Source of the DNA: Takakia lepidozioides
Taxonomy: Eukaryota; Plantae; Bryophyta
NCBI GenBank assembly: GCA_030704615.1
Contig: CM060732.1
Location: 79,608,001 to 79,672,000 of the forward strand
Reading direction: 5' to 3'
DNA: 64,000 nucleotides
Under the pieces are notes generated by a model, which was given only the letters and a program-made list of their open reading frames with translations, had not been told where the DNA came from and did no database searches. Positions 1 to 10,799 of the stretch are shown here, piece by piece. How positions within the stretch are numbered: the stretch's first letter is position 1; each line of letters opens with the position of its first letter. A program made the position numbers and the translations under genes.

Positions 1-870
1 ACATATTTCTATGCGCCACATCGCCTTGCTTACACACCGGTATCCTAAGTTGTTGCCTCTCTCAGCAATTCAAGGGTATCAAAAGGCCTTGCCAGCAGAC
101 ATTACCTTTTTGGGGGCGGATGATTTGGACCGGCATGGTGCCATTGACTTGGTGATAGCTGGATGGCCTTGCCAAGGACACTCTCCCGCGGGTCATGAAA
201 ATGGCTTGCATGATGCACGATCACATTTGTTTTGGGAGATGTTGAGAGTGTTGCGTGACTTGCAGACAAGGCGAGTGCAACCTCTAGCCTACATCTTGGA
301 GAATGTTCCTCTTATGGGGGACTCTCGGGCCAGGGTTATGGCCAGTGTGCATCAGGTGCGGTCTTGGATTGGATCACCGGTGCTATTGGATGCAGCAGCG
401 GTGGGATCACGCGCGCTCGACCTCGATTGTGGTGGACCAATCTTGCACCACCAGAGCTGCTCAAGAGAGCATATGATTCCATTCAATGGCTACCCAATCT
501 CACGATTGAGGGCATTTTGGACCAAGGGAGGCAACCACAGAGGGTGCAACATGATGACCGTCCACCTCTAGCAATGGTCAATCGAGTGGGGCAACCACGT
601 ACAGCCTTGCCTATGCTCATGAGTTTTCCCTCGTCTCATGTTTTTCGAGATAATGGTCTTGGGTTGATTTGGGACAGTGTGCTACAGCAATTGGTGGAGT
701 CCAATGCGGATGAGCATGAGCGGGCAATGGGGTTTGCCACGGGCACTACAGCTGTGCCAGCTTTATCAGAGGCATCACGACGCCAGGTGTTGGGTCAGGC
801 AATGGATCTAAATTTCTTGACATGGATAATTGGTTTGTGCATGGCTGAGCAACGGAGATTGCAAGCATTG
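1..870 (+). pseudogene. DNMT3-like C5 cytosine methyltransferase domain of the element A polyprotein (motif I lies upstream of the window)
   Basis: Motif IV GAIDLVIAGWPCQGHS (PC at 167-172), motif VI YILENVP (299-307), motif VIII LDAAAVGSRA[H]RPRLWWTNL (restored by adding 1 nt at 416/417), motif IX ERAMGF (718-735), motif X SRRQVLGQAMD (about 775-807). Motif order is not permuted. Confidence 0.88.
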
Positions 871-1371
871 ATAGCTACTTCTACACTCCCATTGGATGGT
901 GCATCCTCCCTGCCAACCGGGATGGTTGAGGCAGTGAGTGGGGGCGAGCACAAGATCGTGGGTTGGAAACACCCATGGCAGATGTGGGATGAGATGCGCA
1001 AAGAGAGAGTCATTGGATCTCTCAAGCAGCAATATGAGGAGTGGGGAGAGCCATACACTGAGGATCAGTTAGAAGCAAAGGTGACCAATGTTTTTGAAGA
1101 GGTTGAGAATGTTTCTTGCTCAGAGGATGTTCTCAAGGTGGCTATGGCGGAGCAAGTGGAGGCTACGCCACAATCAGATTGGGCGGACAAGGCCCAAGAG
1201 GTTGCTATCTAGCAACCAAATGATTCGTCTCCTACCTCCAAGCCTGGTGTACCCAAGGTTGCAGTCACTGAGGACAATTGGGAACTAGATGTTGGACCTA
1301 CAATCACCGGAGGAGAGAGACGGAGGATCCAGCAATTTCTAAGGGCTTATAGAAATTGCTTTGCCTTCGGT

Positions 1372-3000
1372 TTGAAGGATTTGGGGAGTTTGAAGGGTCA
1401 GGAGATTCGTATTGATTTGGCAAGTGACACGCCAATCTTTCGAAGGCCCTACCGGTTTAGTGACATAGAGAGGTCATTGATCCAGTCACGGACTATGGAG
1501 TTGTTCGAAGCTGGATTGGTGGAATTGTCAGGCGGGGAGTATGCCTCGGCAACGGTGATGCCAGCTAAGAAGGATATCTATGGCAATTGGACAGAAAGAA
1601 GGATGTGTGGGGACTATCGTCCTGTGAACCGTCAGACTAAGTCCGATAGATATGTCATGCCAACTCCAGAGGAGATCTTTGATGCCATTAGGCATGCAAA
1701 GGTGTTTAGCACATTGGACTTGCGATCCGGTTACCACCAGTTGCCAATCAAAGAGGCTGACAAGCAAAAGATGACATTATGGGGGATTGACCAACATGGG
1801 AAGGATTGCTTGTACCAATGGCGGTTCTTACCGTTTGAGCTGAAGAATGCTCCTACAGAGTTTCAGAGGGTCATGGATAGGACTCTCATGGGGCTAGACT
1901 TCGTCCGGTGCTACATTGATGACATCATCGTCTTTAGTGCTACGGTTGAGGAGCATGAGAGACACCTTCAGGTGGTGTTTGAGCGCTTGGGAGCGCACGG
2001 GTTGAAATTGCACCCTGGGAAGTGCATGTTCTTCCACAACCAGATTGAGTATCTGGGCCACATGATATACCCTGGAGGATTGGGTGTTCAAAAGACGAAG
2101 GTGGAGGCCATTGCATGCATTCCACGCCCCATAGATGTTAGTAGAGTTCGTGCTTTCATGGGGTTGGCAAACTACTATCGACGGTTTGTCAAGGGATTTA
2201 GCAGCATTGCAAAGGCTCTTACCAAGTTGACCAAGGTGGGTCAGGAGTGGCAATGGGAGGAGGAACAGGAGGAAACCTTTGAGGAACTCAAGGCTCGATT
2301 GACTTCTGCACCTATTCTGAGGCGGCCTATTCGGGGGCGGCCTTTCCAGCTACATATGGATTGGAGTATGTTGGGGATTGGAGCAGTGCTCACACAGGTG
2401 GATGATGAGGGATGAGAGTTCGTAGTGGCATATGCTAGCCGCTCGAACAATGATGCCGAGGCGAAGTATAGTTCATATGAAGTGGAGTGTCTAGATGCGG
2501 TATGGGCAGTGGCACATTTCAGATGCTACCTCTATGGCAATCTCTTCACCCTTGTCACGGATCACCAACCATTGAAGTGGTTGATGGAGTCAGACAAGTT
2601 TACAGGGAAGCTTGCACGGTGGGCACTTATGCTTCAAGAGTACGACTTCCAGGTGGTGCATCGAGCCGGTATTGTCAATCGGGATGCAGATGGATTGAGT
2701 CGTAATCCATGCACGAGCGAGCATGATGATACTGGAGCTCGGTGGCATGGTGAGACAGATGAGGAGATGGTGCCAGGATGGCATGCATCTGCCTTTTTGT
2801 GCATCCTAGTAATGGGAGCTCAAGCTGGTCCATCCCATAGCATTGGTCAAGTAGATGGTATGCATGATGATCCGGAGATCAGTGAGGAGCTTGGTGGTGC
2901 TAGGGATGTGCATGAAAATGCAGCAGTGTTGGCCTACCTTTGTACATGAGAGACAACAGCCAGTGTGACTGCTAAGGAAAGAGATCGGATCCTACAATGA
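1372..3000 (+). pseudogene. pol: Gypsy reverse transcriptase and RNase H of element A
   Basis: ORFs 1372-2415 and 2425-2949 are in the same frame as ORF 364-1212. They are separated only by single stops at 1210 (TAG), 2413, 2947 and 2998 (TGA). YIDD RT motif present; no integrase seen. Confidence 0.92.
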
Positions 3001-4573
3001 GGGTGTTCCATACCCAGACTTTGGATTTACACAGAAGGTCCGACAGCGGCCCCGCGATCTTGGCGAAATTTCTCAAAAACTTCCGGTAATAGGAGGCGAG
3101 TCCTAGGAAGGATCGCACTCCCGGGACCGAAGTCGGAGGCTCCCAGTCCAAGATTGCCCTCACCTTCCTGTCATCCATTCAAATCCCATCCTGTGTAATC
3201 ACATGCCTCAGGAACTCCACTTTTGTGACCCCGAATTTGCACTTTGAAGCTTTGGCATACAGCTTCCCTTCTCGCAATTTCTGGAACACCCTTTTGAGGT
3301 ACTCCAGGTGCTCCTCCTTTGTTTTTGAATACACCAAGATGTCGTCGATGTACAAGATCACAAAGTCGTCCAACCACTCCTGGAAGAGGTTGTTCATCAG
3401 CGTGCTAAAGGTCGCGGGTGCATTGGTGAGCCCAAAAGGCATCACCAAGAATTCATATGAACCATACCTCGTCCTGCACGCGGTCTTCTCCTCATCTCCT
3501 TCCGCCACTCGAATTTGATGATAGCCGGAGCGCAGATCGATCCGGCTGAAAAACTTCGCTCCTGCCAACCGATCAAAAAGGTCGTCGATCCTTGGCAAAA
3601 GGTACCGGTTTTTGATAGTCACCTTATTCAGAGCCCTGTAATCGACACACATCCGCAGCGTCCCATCCTTCTTGTCTGCAAATAGCACCGGGGCTCCGTA
3701 AGGTGACTTACTCGGCCGGATGTACCCCTTTGACATTAGATCCTTGAGCTGAGTCTTCAATTTGACCAACTCTCTGTGGCTCAACCGGTAGGGCGCCTTG
3801 GCAGGCGGTTCCGATCCCGGTATCACCTCAATCTTGTGGTCAACTCCTCTTCGCGGTGGCAAGCCGCTTGGCAAATCCTCCGGCATCACATCATGGTATT
3901 TCTCCAAAATCCCCTTGATCCAATCTGGGCTCAGCTCTCCATCGCCTTCTCCATTCACTTCTCTAATGTAAAGCAAAAACTGGGGCTCGTGTGCCTCCTC
4001 CACGGCCCACTCCCTTGCTGACAGAAGGTTTATTCGCCCTCCCACGGATTTGGGCGTTTCCGACACTCGTAAGACCTCGCCACCATTCCCACATGGCAGC
4101 GTGACTACTCTCTTGCGGCCATCTATGACCGCTCCGGATTTGCTCAAAAAGGTCATCCCCAAAATGAGATCCACTCCATCGATCTCGTAGATGGTGAAGT
4201 TCTCACGTCCCTCCCAACTCCCCAGTTGAAGAGGAACATCGAACGCCAACCTTGTCGCCAGTTGTGGTTCTCCTTTGGCAGAACGCACCTCAATAGAGGC
4301 CCCCACGTCACTTGTCGGGAGTCCCAACTTTTGCGCCGCCGCCGGCGTCATGAAGGAGTGCGACGCTCCTGTGTCCACCAACAACGACACGTTAGTTCCG
4401 GATATTATCCCATCCACAAACAATAAGTGACTCCCTTTACGCAATGCGCCAGTTTCCTGATACAACTCACAAGAATAGTTGCCTACCTTGCAAGTCCTGG
4501 CGACCACCGCTTCCACCAAGTGACTGATGGTATCTTCCGACAGCTCCGTGGTTGCCCGAGTCATGTTCAATTG
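3001..4573 (-). pseudogene. pol: Pol of element B (aspartic protease plus RT), truncated
   Basis: [53 protein letters not shown]; in-frame TGA at 3179-3181, then SFLGLASYYRKF; ends at the junction near 3000. Confidence 0.92.
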
Positions 4574-5695
4574 TCAGGGTTTCGTGCACTTCTTGGCCAT
4601 GTGCCCGGGCTCTCCGCAATTGAAACATACTCCATCAAAGGTCGCATTCTGTCCGCCATAAGCCGCTCCACCCGCTTTTCCTTTCGAAGCACCGGGTGCC
4701 GCCTTGACGTGTGAAGGCCCTCCCTTCGATTTCCACGTGCCATTGTCGCCGCGTGGCCTATCCCACTTCTTTTCCGGTCGGAAGGAGTCACCTTCCCGCC
4801 GGCTCTTATTGTGGTTCAGCTCCGTACGGCCTTGTCTTTCACCCCTAGGGACATCCGAGAAACATTCAGCCCTCTCAATTGCCTCGTTCAAAGTCTTAGG
4901 TGGCTTCTCCTCCAACTTTCGCTTGGCCCATGGGGCCAATCCTGCCACAAAGTTGAAGACCATTTCTGGTTTCGCCATATCCGCGACTTCGAGCAACAGC
5001 ACATTGAAAGCCTGGACATATCCCCGAACGTCATCTGTTTGCTTCAAATTCCTCATCTTGTCCCGGGCAAGCCAGGACGCGTTGAGGGGCACAAACTGTC
5101 GCTTCATCAATTCCTTGAATCCACTCCAGTTCAAGGTTTCCGGACTTGGACCTCGGTCTTGAAGGCGTTTCTGCCACCATTGTTGAGCATAGCCCCTCAA
5201 ATAGATGGGAGCCACTTCCACCCGATCCTCGTCACTCAACTTGGCCGCCCGGAAGTACTGCTCTAGCTCCAAGAGCCAGGTGTTGAGTGCCTTCCGATTT
5301 TGGACGCCCTCGAAGGTGCCGGGTTCCTTAGGCTTCACCTTAAACTTTGCCTTAGTGGAAGCGGCATTAGCGGCCTTCAACACGTCTTTCAACGTCCCGC
5401 CAAACTGTGCCAACAACCCTTCCCAAAAGGCTGCCGGCATGGGAGGCATCTGTTGGTTTGTCGGAGCTCTCAAGGATTCCTCGGGCTCCGACTCCTCGGA
5501 TTCCTCCCGCTCTTGAGCGGCCTCGTTTTCAGAAACATGCATCGCTTTCTCAAACGGCCGCCTCGGTGACACGTCGCCCCCATCGGGCTCACCAGGATCA
5601 TCATCTTTTGGGCCGTTCCGCTTTCGCTTTGGCTTGCCTGACCCCATGATGAGGCCAATCCCAATCGCGTACTGAACTTTAAGCTCTGATACCAA
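4574..5695 (-). CDS. gag: Gag of element B (retrotransposon gag domain plus CCHC zinc knuckle)
   Basis: 373-aa ORF containing KEPGTFEG...WL.ELEQYF, YLRGYAQQWW, LKQTDDVRGYVQAF and the C-terminal CFNCGEPGHMAKKC. Confidence 0.9.
   Translation of the reverse strand: MVSELKVQYAIGIGLIMGSGKPKRKRNGPKDDDPGEPDGGDVSPRRPFEKAMHVSENEAAQEREESEESEPEESLRAPTNQQMPPMPAAFWEGLLAQFGGTLKDVLKAANAASTKAKFKVKPKEPGTFEGVQNRKALNTWLLELEQYFRAAKLSDEDRVEVAPIYLRGYAQQWWQKRLQDRGPSPETLNWSGFKELMKRQFVPLNASWLARDKMRNLKQTDDVRGYVQAFNVLLLEVADMAKPEMVFNFVAGLAPWAKRKLEEKPPKTLNEAIERAECFSDVPRGERQGRTELNHNKSRREGDSFRPEKKWDRPRGDNGTWKSKGGPSHVKAAPGASKGKAGGAAYGGQNATFDGVCFNCGEPGHMAKKCTKP
5683..5694 (-). promoter_or_regulatory. Primer-binding site complementary to the tRNA-iMet 3' end (element B)
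   Basis: Minus strand reads TGGTATCAGAGC, 2 nt after the LTR terminal CA at 5697. Confidence 0.93.
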
Positions 5696-5696
5696 G

Positions 5697-6422
5697 TGTC
5701 GCGCACCTCACTTCGGTAAGCTCCCCTTCAAGTCATAGTTACTCGCTTTAATGCGCGTGCCTCACTCCCAACCTGGCCGTCGGGCCAACTCGGAGCTTCG
5801 GCTGCTCACCGGGACATAACGGTCCCCCTTCGCTCTCCCAAAAGACCCTCCACCTATTTGGGCCTAGTGGAATTCCCTTTGGTAGATGGCAGTCCGGAAC
5901 AGCTCCCCACTCTTTGGTCGCTTTCCGGCTCGCTCGCTTATTCACTAGTTTTTTGACACCAACGGGCTTCCACCGTTCTCGGGGTTACTACTCCCCTTAT
6001 ATATACTTCTGTAGCTGTCCGCGGGGGTTTCACAACCAGCCATGCCATTTTATGGTGAACCACCACGAAGACCCTCGACTCCCGGTGGTGAGTCGCGGTG
6101 AGTTTTGTCCCACTCACCACGGCCCCATTGGGCCGTGATGAGTCCCAAGACTCCCCACGACTCCCACCACGAGGTCTCCACCCCATGGTGAGTCCTATGC
6201 CACCCCCACTAAGTCCCGCTAAGCTACCACCACCCCTTGTGGAGCCACCCCACCGCAACCCGGTGTGCGGGGCTCCACCTAGTGAGCGCCTCCGCTTCCC
6301 TGAGTGCCTTGGGCACTCAAGGGTGCTTCAGCCCCCCATACCTATCGCTGCCGCTGCCCCCACCACAGGGGCAGCCCCTCATGTGCCCCGACCCCCTGCC
6401 CTCAAGGCAAAGGGCCGCGACA
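5697..6422 (-). repeat. 5' LTR of element B (726 bp)
   Basis: Bounded by the 7-bp inverted termini TGTCGCG (5697) and CGCGACA (6422), adjacent to the PBS; a TATA-like TATATAA lies on the minus strand near 6000. Confidence 0.85.
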
Positions 6423-6532
6423 TGGTGTGTGACAAATGCTCAAGGGGGTGGCACATGGGATGCTTGACAACGCCACTTGAGGAGGTTCCTAGTGGAGAAT
6501 GGTTGTGTCCACGATGCCTTGGACATAGGTAG
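6423..6532 (+). pseudogene. C-terminal half of a PHD finger, probably the end of the element A polyprotein
   Basis: VCDKCSRGWHMGCLTTPLEEVPSGEWLCPRC fits the C3-C4, H-C and C7-C8 ligands of C4HC3; it starts exactly at the outer edge of LTR B. Confidence 0.8.
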
Positions 6533-6790
6533 TGGGCATGACAATGGTGGAATTGACAAGTGATCCAAGGTCTAGCTTGTAGGAGCTCAACGCCATGGAT
6601 ACTCAATTGAAGATCATGGATTGCAAGTAGGTGATTAACGATGGGGCTCTCGTTGCACCCGACCTCTTGATCCATATACTTTAAAAAATTGGGACATGTG
6701 CGATTGAAGACCAAGCGATGATCTTATTGAGATGAATACTTGTCAGCTTTCCGGTGTTAGAGGGACCTAATCACCGGCTATGGGGGCGAT

Positions 6791-7249
6791 TGTGGCATAG
6801 CTTTCTAAGATTGTGTGCTTAGAATGTATGGTGGACAGTGATGTATGTTGTGGCACGATGCTTAGGTGCACGACAGCTGTCATGGTTTTAGTCATGGTTA
6901 ACTAGAATTACCTACTTCTAGTTAACTATGACATTTTGGATATTTATATTTGTATTTTGTGTGTTGGGACTTCATTTGGTCTCACATGCCAAGTGAGGTA
7001 TCAAACCTCACTTGGGACATGGGGATGGGTTTTCCCCTTGTGAGCGTTGAGGAGGGCTCATCTTCTTGTAGTTGAGCCTGCATGAGCCTCTCTCACCTCC
7101 ATAGCTCTAAGTATTGAGAGGGAGTGTGTTGAGGGCTTTGTAGGGTGGATTCCCTTAGCAAGGGTGCCCTTGGCTTGACTTAGTTTATGTGATTGAGTGG
7201 ATTCATGAGTGGAGTGTTTCCCTTGTGTTCACTTTCATTATCCGACACA
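6791..7249 (+). repeat. Candidate 3' LTR of element A
   Basis: Purine-rich ATGGGGGCGA(T) is followed by TGTG at 6791, and the segment ends in CACA at 7249. The partner LTR is not in the window. Confidence 0.45.
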
Positions 7250-10200
7250 TTAGTCATAGTGAACGCACGTCCACAGCCTTCACGTGGAATGAGAAATGAC
7301 CAACGGGCTCTTTAATTCAAGACCAAGCGTTGTGAAATGAACCAGGTCTCAGCTTCTACAAACTTGTTGGTACGCAAGAGTGGAAAACTACCATCTCTTG
7401 TAAACCTTCATGTGTATGAAGGAGTTGTTGGTCGCATGTTGTTGAGTAATTTTCCATCTGATCAGGTGCGTTTTCTGTTTGTCTCTCTCATGAGTCCAAT
7501 CCAATAACATAATATATAGGGAGGCAAAAGCTCTACCCACGAGCTCTAGTTTTCGCACACGAATAGTACTCACAATTCGTGTACTCTATGTGGTCACCAT
7601 CTTCCTTATTATAGAGGAATAAACTCCGATCACCAGCCGGCCCGATCACCAACCATTAAATAGGTTGATCTGAGTAGCGGTCTCTCTAAAATCACTGCAT
7701 AAATTGTGTACTTGGCTTCCATAATGGCATCTTCCCACACACAGTACACAAACACAAAGCAAACACAGAAGCATAAACATTTCTCTATCTCCAGATATTT
7801 AGGTCTGGTCACTGCTGCTTCATTGGTTGATTGTCTGTTATTCATGCTCTTACAGCTTTCTGTGGATGCTATGGACTTTCTGTGGATGCTATATCTTTAT
7901 GAACTGGTAACTATACCGGTATCGGTTATTGGTAAAAAAAAATTCATTTCTTTATTTCTCTTTCTCTGTCTTTGAGCTTTCTTTCTTCCTCTTTTGAGCT
8001 TTCTGCGGATAAGTTCCATTTCATTTCATTTCATTTCATTTCATTTCTCTCCATGTTCTCGGGGCTTTCAACGATTTTTTTAAAGACCTTCGTTCTCTCT
8101 CTTTTTCTCTCTCTCTCTTTCTTTCTCCTTTTCTTCCTCTCATTTCTTCAGTTTGAAGTTTTTTGTCCCATCGACACTTCACCAAACAACCAGCACAACT
8201 TCAACAGCCAGTTAGTGCGTATTGAATTCAGTATGGCGCAGGACCAACATTAAAGGCATAAATGCCATTAGAGATGAAGATAGTCTAAGCTGTCAAAGAT
8301 TTGTGTCCAATCTGCTGATCATACATCTCCCATGTAATGCACGCTGGCCTCGATGTAGTGGCATCTTGATCAGGAAACCGAGTATTTAGTAATCTGGGGT
8401 CTTCCTCCAAATGTTTACACAGATTCCATTTAAAAGGAGGTTGCACTGTTGCTTTGAGCCTTGTTCACTTGGTTAATATTTGCAGCTTTACTAGCACATG
8501 CTGGTTTTTAAGGATGAGTTCCTGAATATTTCTTCCATATCCTGTATGCTAGTCATACAATCCTAAGTGTTGTTCTAATTACAATGATATATCGAAAGCT
8601 TCTAACGGATTACCGAAGGTCAACCAAACATTGCAGAGCCCTCATTCTACGTTCCAGCGTCTCGTATTCAAAGTTTCTAATCACAATCTGGACGATAAAG
8701 AACGGTGGATAAGTTATTTACCATGGGCAGTAACTGCCGAGTTCATAGTGTGGTACAAAATCAATTTCAAAGTGAAGGGAAAGCAGTATATAGTGAGAGA
8801 TGGTTATGTTCTATGCTTGTGTTGCCCTGCTCATGGTCTTTTGAAGAGATACACCACTTATTGGCTTGTTTCATAATTCCGGATTTTTGCTTGTTATCAC
8901 ACTCCCTACCTCATATACTTCTCAAAAACATAAATATTCTTGCTTGGTTATGCTTGGTTATGCATTCTCTAAGAATACTTCCAACATAGGCATCCTTAAC
9001 AGGACGGCAGGGGCTTAAGCCTGCCATTCTGCAGATCTCTAAGAGAAGTGTGATATTAATGGGGCCAGGTGAGATCCCTGTGCCACTGTAGTCTCTGATT
9101 CTAATAAAGGACCACAAGCAGGGAGGTTAATATTCAGTCTTTGTGATTTTAACTCATGAGAGTTACCTTGTAATTTTTAAACCCAGGAGAAAACAGTCTT
9201 GCAGGCCGGACATTCTACACTGGGATAACGGAGCTATGAGCAATGAAGATGGTCATTGAATGACCAATAACATATAATTCATGGATTAATTGGAGGGGCT
9301 GACATGGGAGTGTCTGGTGTGGCTTTGCTTGATCACTCATTATTTTTGTGCACAAGACCTCAGGTTGTTACAGTCTCACTTGGATATCACTCTCCATAAA
9401 CTTGCGGATGAAAAAATCTCTTTTCTCCTGAAAGATTTCTGGAGTGAATGTACGAACCCCAACAATGGCCTCAATCCAATTCTGGGTCAGCTGACAAATG
9501 GTAATTTTGCTATCCAGAGCCACAACTCGACACTGAATATCAATAATCTGGATGAAATGAGTTTCTTTGTTGCACTTACGGCAATGGAAGTTAGAGTTCT
9601 TCTTTGATATGTCTAGCAAATTGCACATGTGACAGACGCGCTGAAAAGACATTCCACCTATGGAGACAATTTGAAGAGCACCGGTGACATGCATTCACAA
9701 ATTGTACGGGAAAATCAAATAGTGGCAATAACGTATTGAAATGCAAGCATGTTTGGTATACAACTGACATCCAAATTTAGAAATTGGTATGCATTGTAAA
9801 GGAAGAAGGAACTTTACATCACAGATTGTTGAAAATGTCCCTTCAGTGAGATTCTTGTGGATCACCTCGAAACGTTGGACGGCAACAAGATCGGACGTTG
9901 GAATTACAATGATTGTGGCACGGTGTGTGTTCAAGCGTACTTCTCCTTGGAGAGAACCTGAAACATTTTTCAGCAAGGCAGCGGCTGGTTTCCCCGTGTT
10001 AAAAATGCTTATGCAAGGTTTTGCACATGTCGAAGAAAAATTAGTAGGCCGTTTGGCCAAGAATATTACAACCAACTTCAAACGCTGGTGGTTGGTCAAA
10101 AGGGAGGGGGTACTTTTTTGGTCTTATGAATAGAGGCAGTTGGTATAAGTTTACATCTCCATCTTGTCACAAAACTCTCCATCTTTGTACCACTAGGCCA

Positions 10201-10500
10201 CCAGCCATATGTGTTTACAACAAGCTATATATGGATGGGATTTGAACCCATACCCTTGCCCCTTTGGGAGCCACACAAGGAAGAAAAAACCCCTCACTTG
10301 TGTGCACCCCCGCTCGGTAAAGGGACTACATTACTCCTATCTAGTATCTATTCATCAGTAATTACTAACACAGTGTAGAGAGGCGGCAACATATAAACCT
10401 TCAACAACAATTTCTGGTTCTTGCTGCACCACCCCCATTTTGTAACTGCCTAGTACTTATTGTGTGGCAGCCCACACGCATCTAAAACTGCCAACGTACC

Positions 10501-10724
10501 AAAATGGGTTGTTGCGATTCCAGCCCGTATGCTCAACTATGGGCTGCAGCAGAAGCACCGTCTACACTACAACCAATTCATGATAAGCCATTGCTGCCAA
10601 TTATAAAATTGATATTGAACCAAAATGGTTTGCTGCTGTTGCAGCCCGTATGCTCAACTATGGGCTGGAGCAAAAGCACTACACTACAAACCAATTCATA
10701 AGCGATTGATGCCAATTACAAAAT
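10501..10724 (+). repeat. Diverged tandem duplication of about 120 bp
   Basis: CAGCCCGTATGCTCAACTATGGGCTG...CTACACTACAA(A)CCAATTCAT...TGCCAATTA occurs twice (from about 10520 and about 10643). Confidence 0.8.
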
Positions 10725-10799
10725 CAGCTCTACTAGCCTGAGCTAGTTGCAACACAGTACTAAAACAGTTGTCTCATAGTTCCCCAGAGATACTTCTGC

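Larger units (their letters stand above)
3001..6422 (-). mobile_element. Element B: nested, 3'-truncated Ty3/Gypsy chromovirus-like LTR retrotransposon (5' LTR, PBS, gag, PR, RT)
   Basis: LTR 5697-6422 with TGTCGCG/CGCGACA termini, tRNA-iMet PBS, gag with CCHC knuckle, protease [10 protein letters not shown] with YIDD; the sequence breaks off before RNase H at about 3000. Confidence 0.92.
1..7249 (+). mobile_element. Element A: degenerate Ty3/Gypsy LTR retrotransposon with a C5-DNA methyltransferase, RT, RNase H and a C-terminal PHD finger; 5' part lies outside the window; interrupted by element B
   Basis: MTase motifs at 1-860, Gypsy RT ([33 protein letters not shown]) at 1372-2100, RNase H (HMDWS, YASR, TDHQPL, DADGLSR) to about 2700, PHD half at 6423-6520, and a candidate PPT plus 3' LTR at about 6780-7249. 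Linking the 6423-7249 part to the 1-3000 part is inference. Confidence 0.85.

Noticed and set aside
1-870. Host DRM2/DNMT3 gene or bacterial restriction-modification methylase
   Set aside because: No introns, motif order is not DRM-permuted, it is in frame with Gypsy RT, and there is no prokaryotic context.
6098-6532. Stand-alone proline-rich PHD protein gene
   Set aside because: The first about 108 codons are antisense LTR B sequence, and the PHD lacks its first Cys pair.
7950-8150. Hydrophobic Phe/Leu/Ser ORF (7972-8253) as a membrane protein
   Set aside because: Translation of CT-rich and (CATTT)n simple repeats.
9789-9850. IVENVP resembling MTase motif VI
   Set aside because: No PC motif at suitable spacing and no motifs VIII-X follow.
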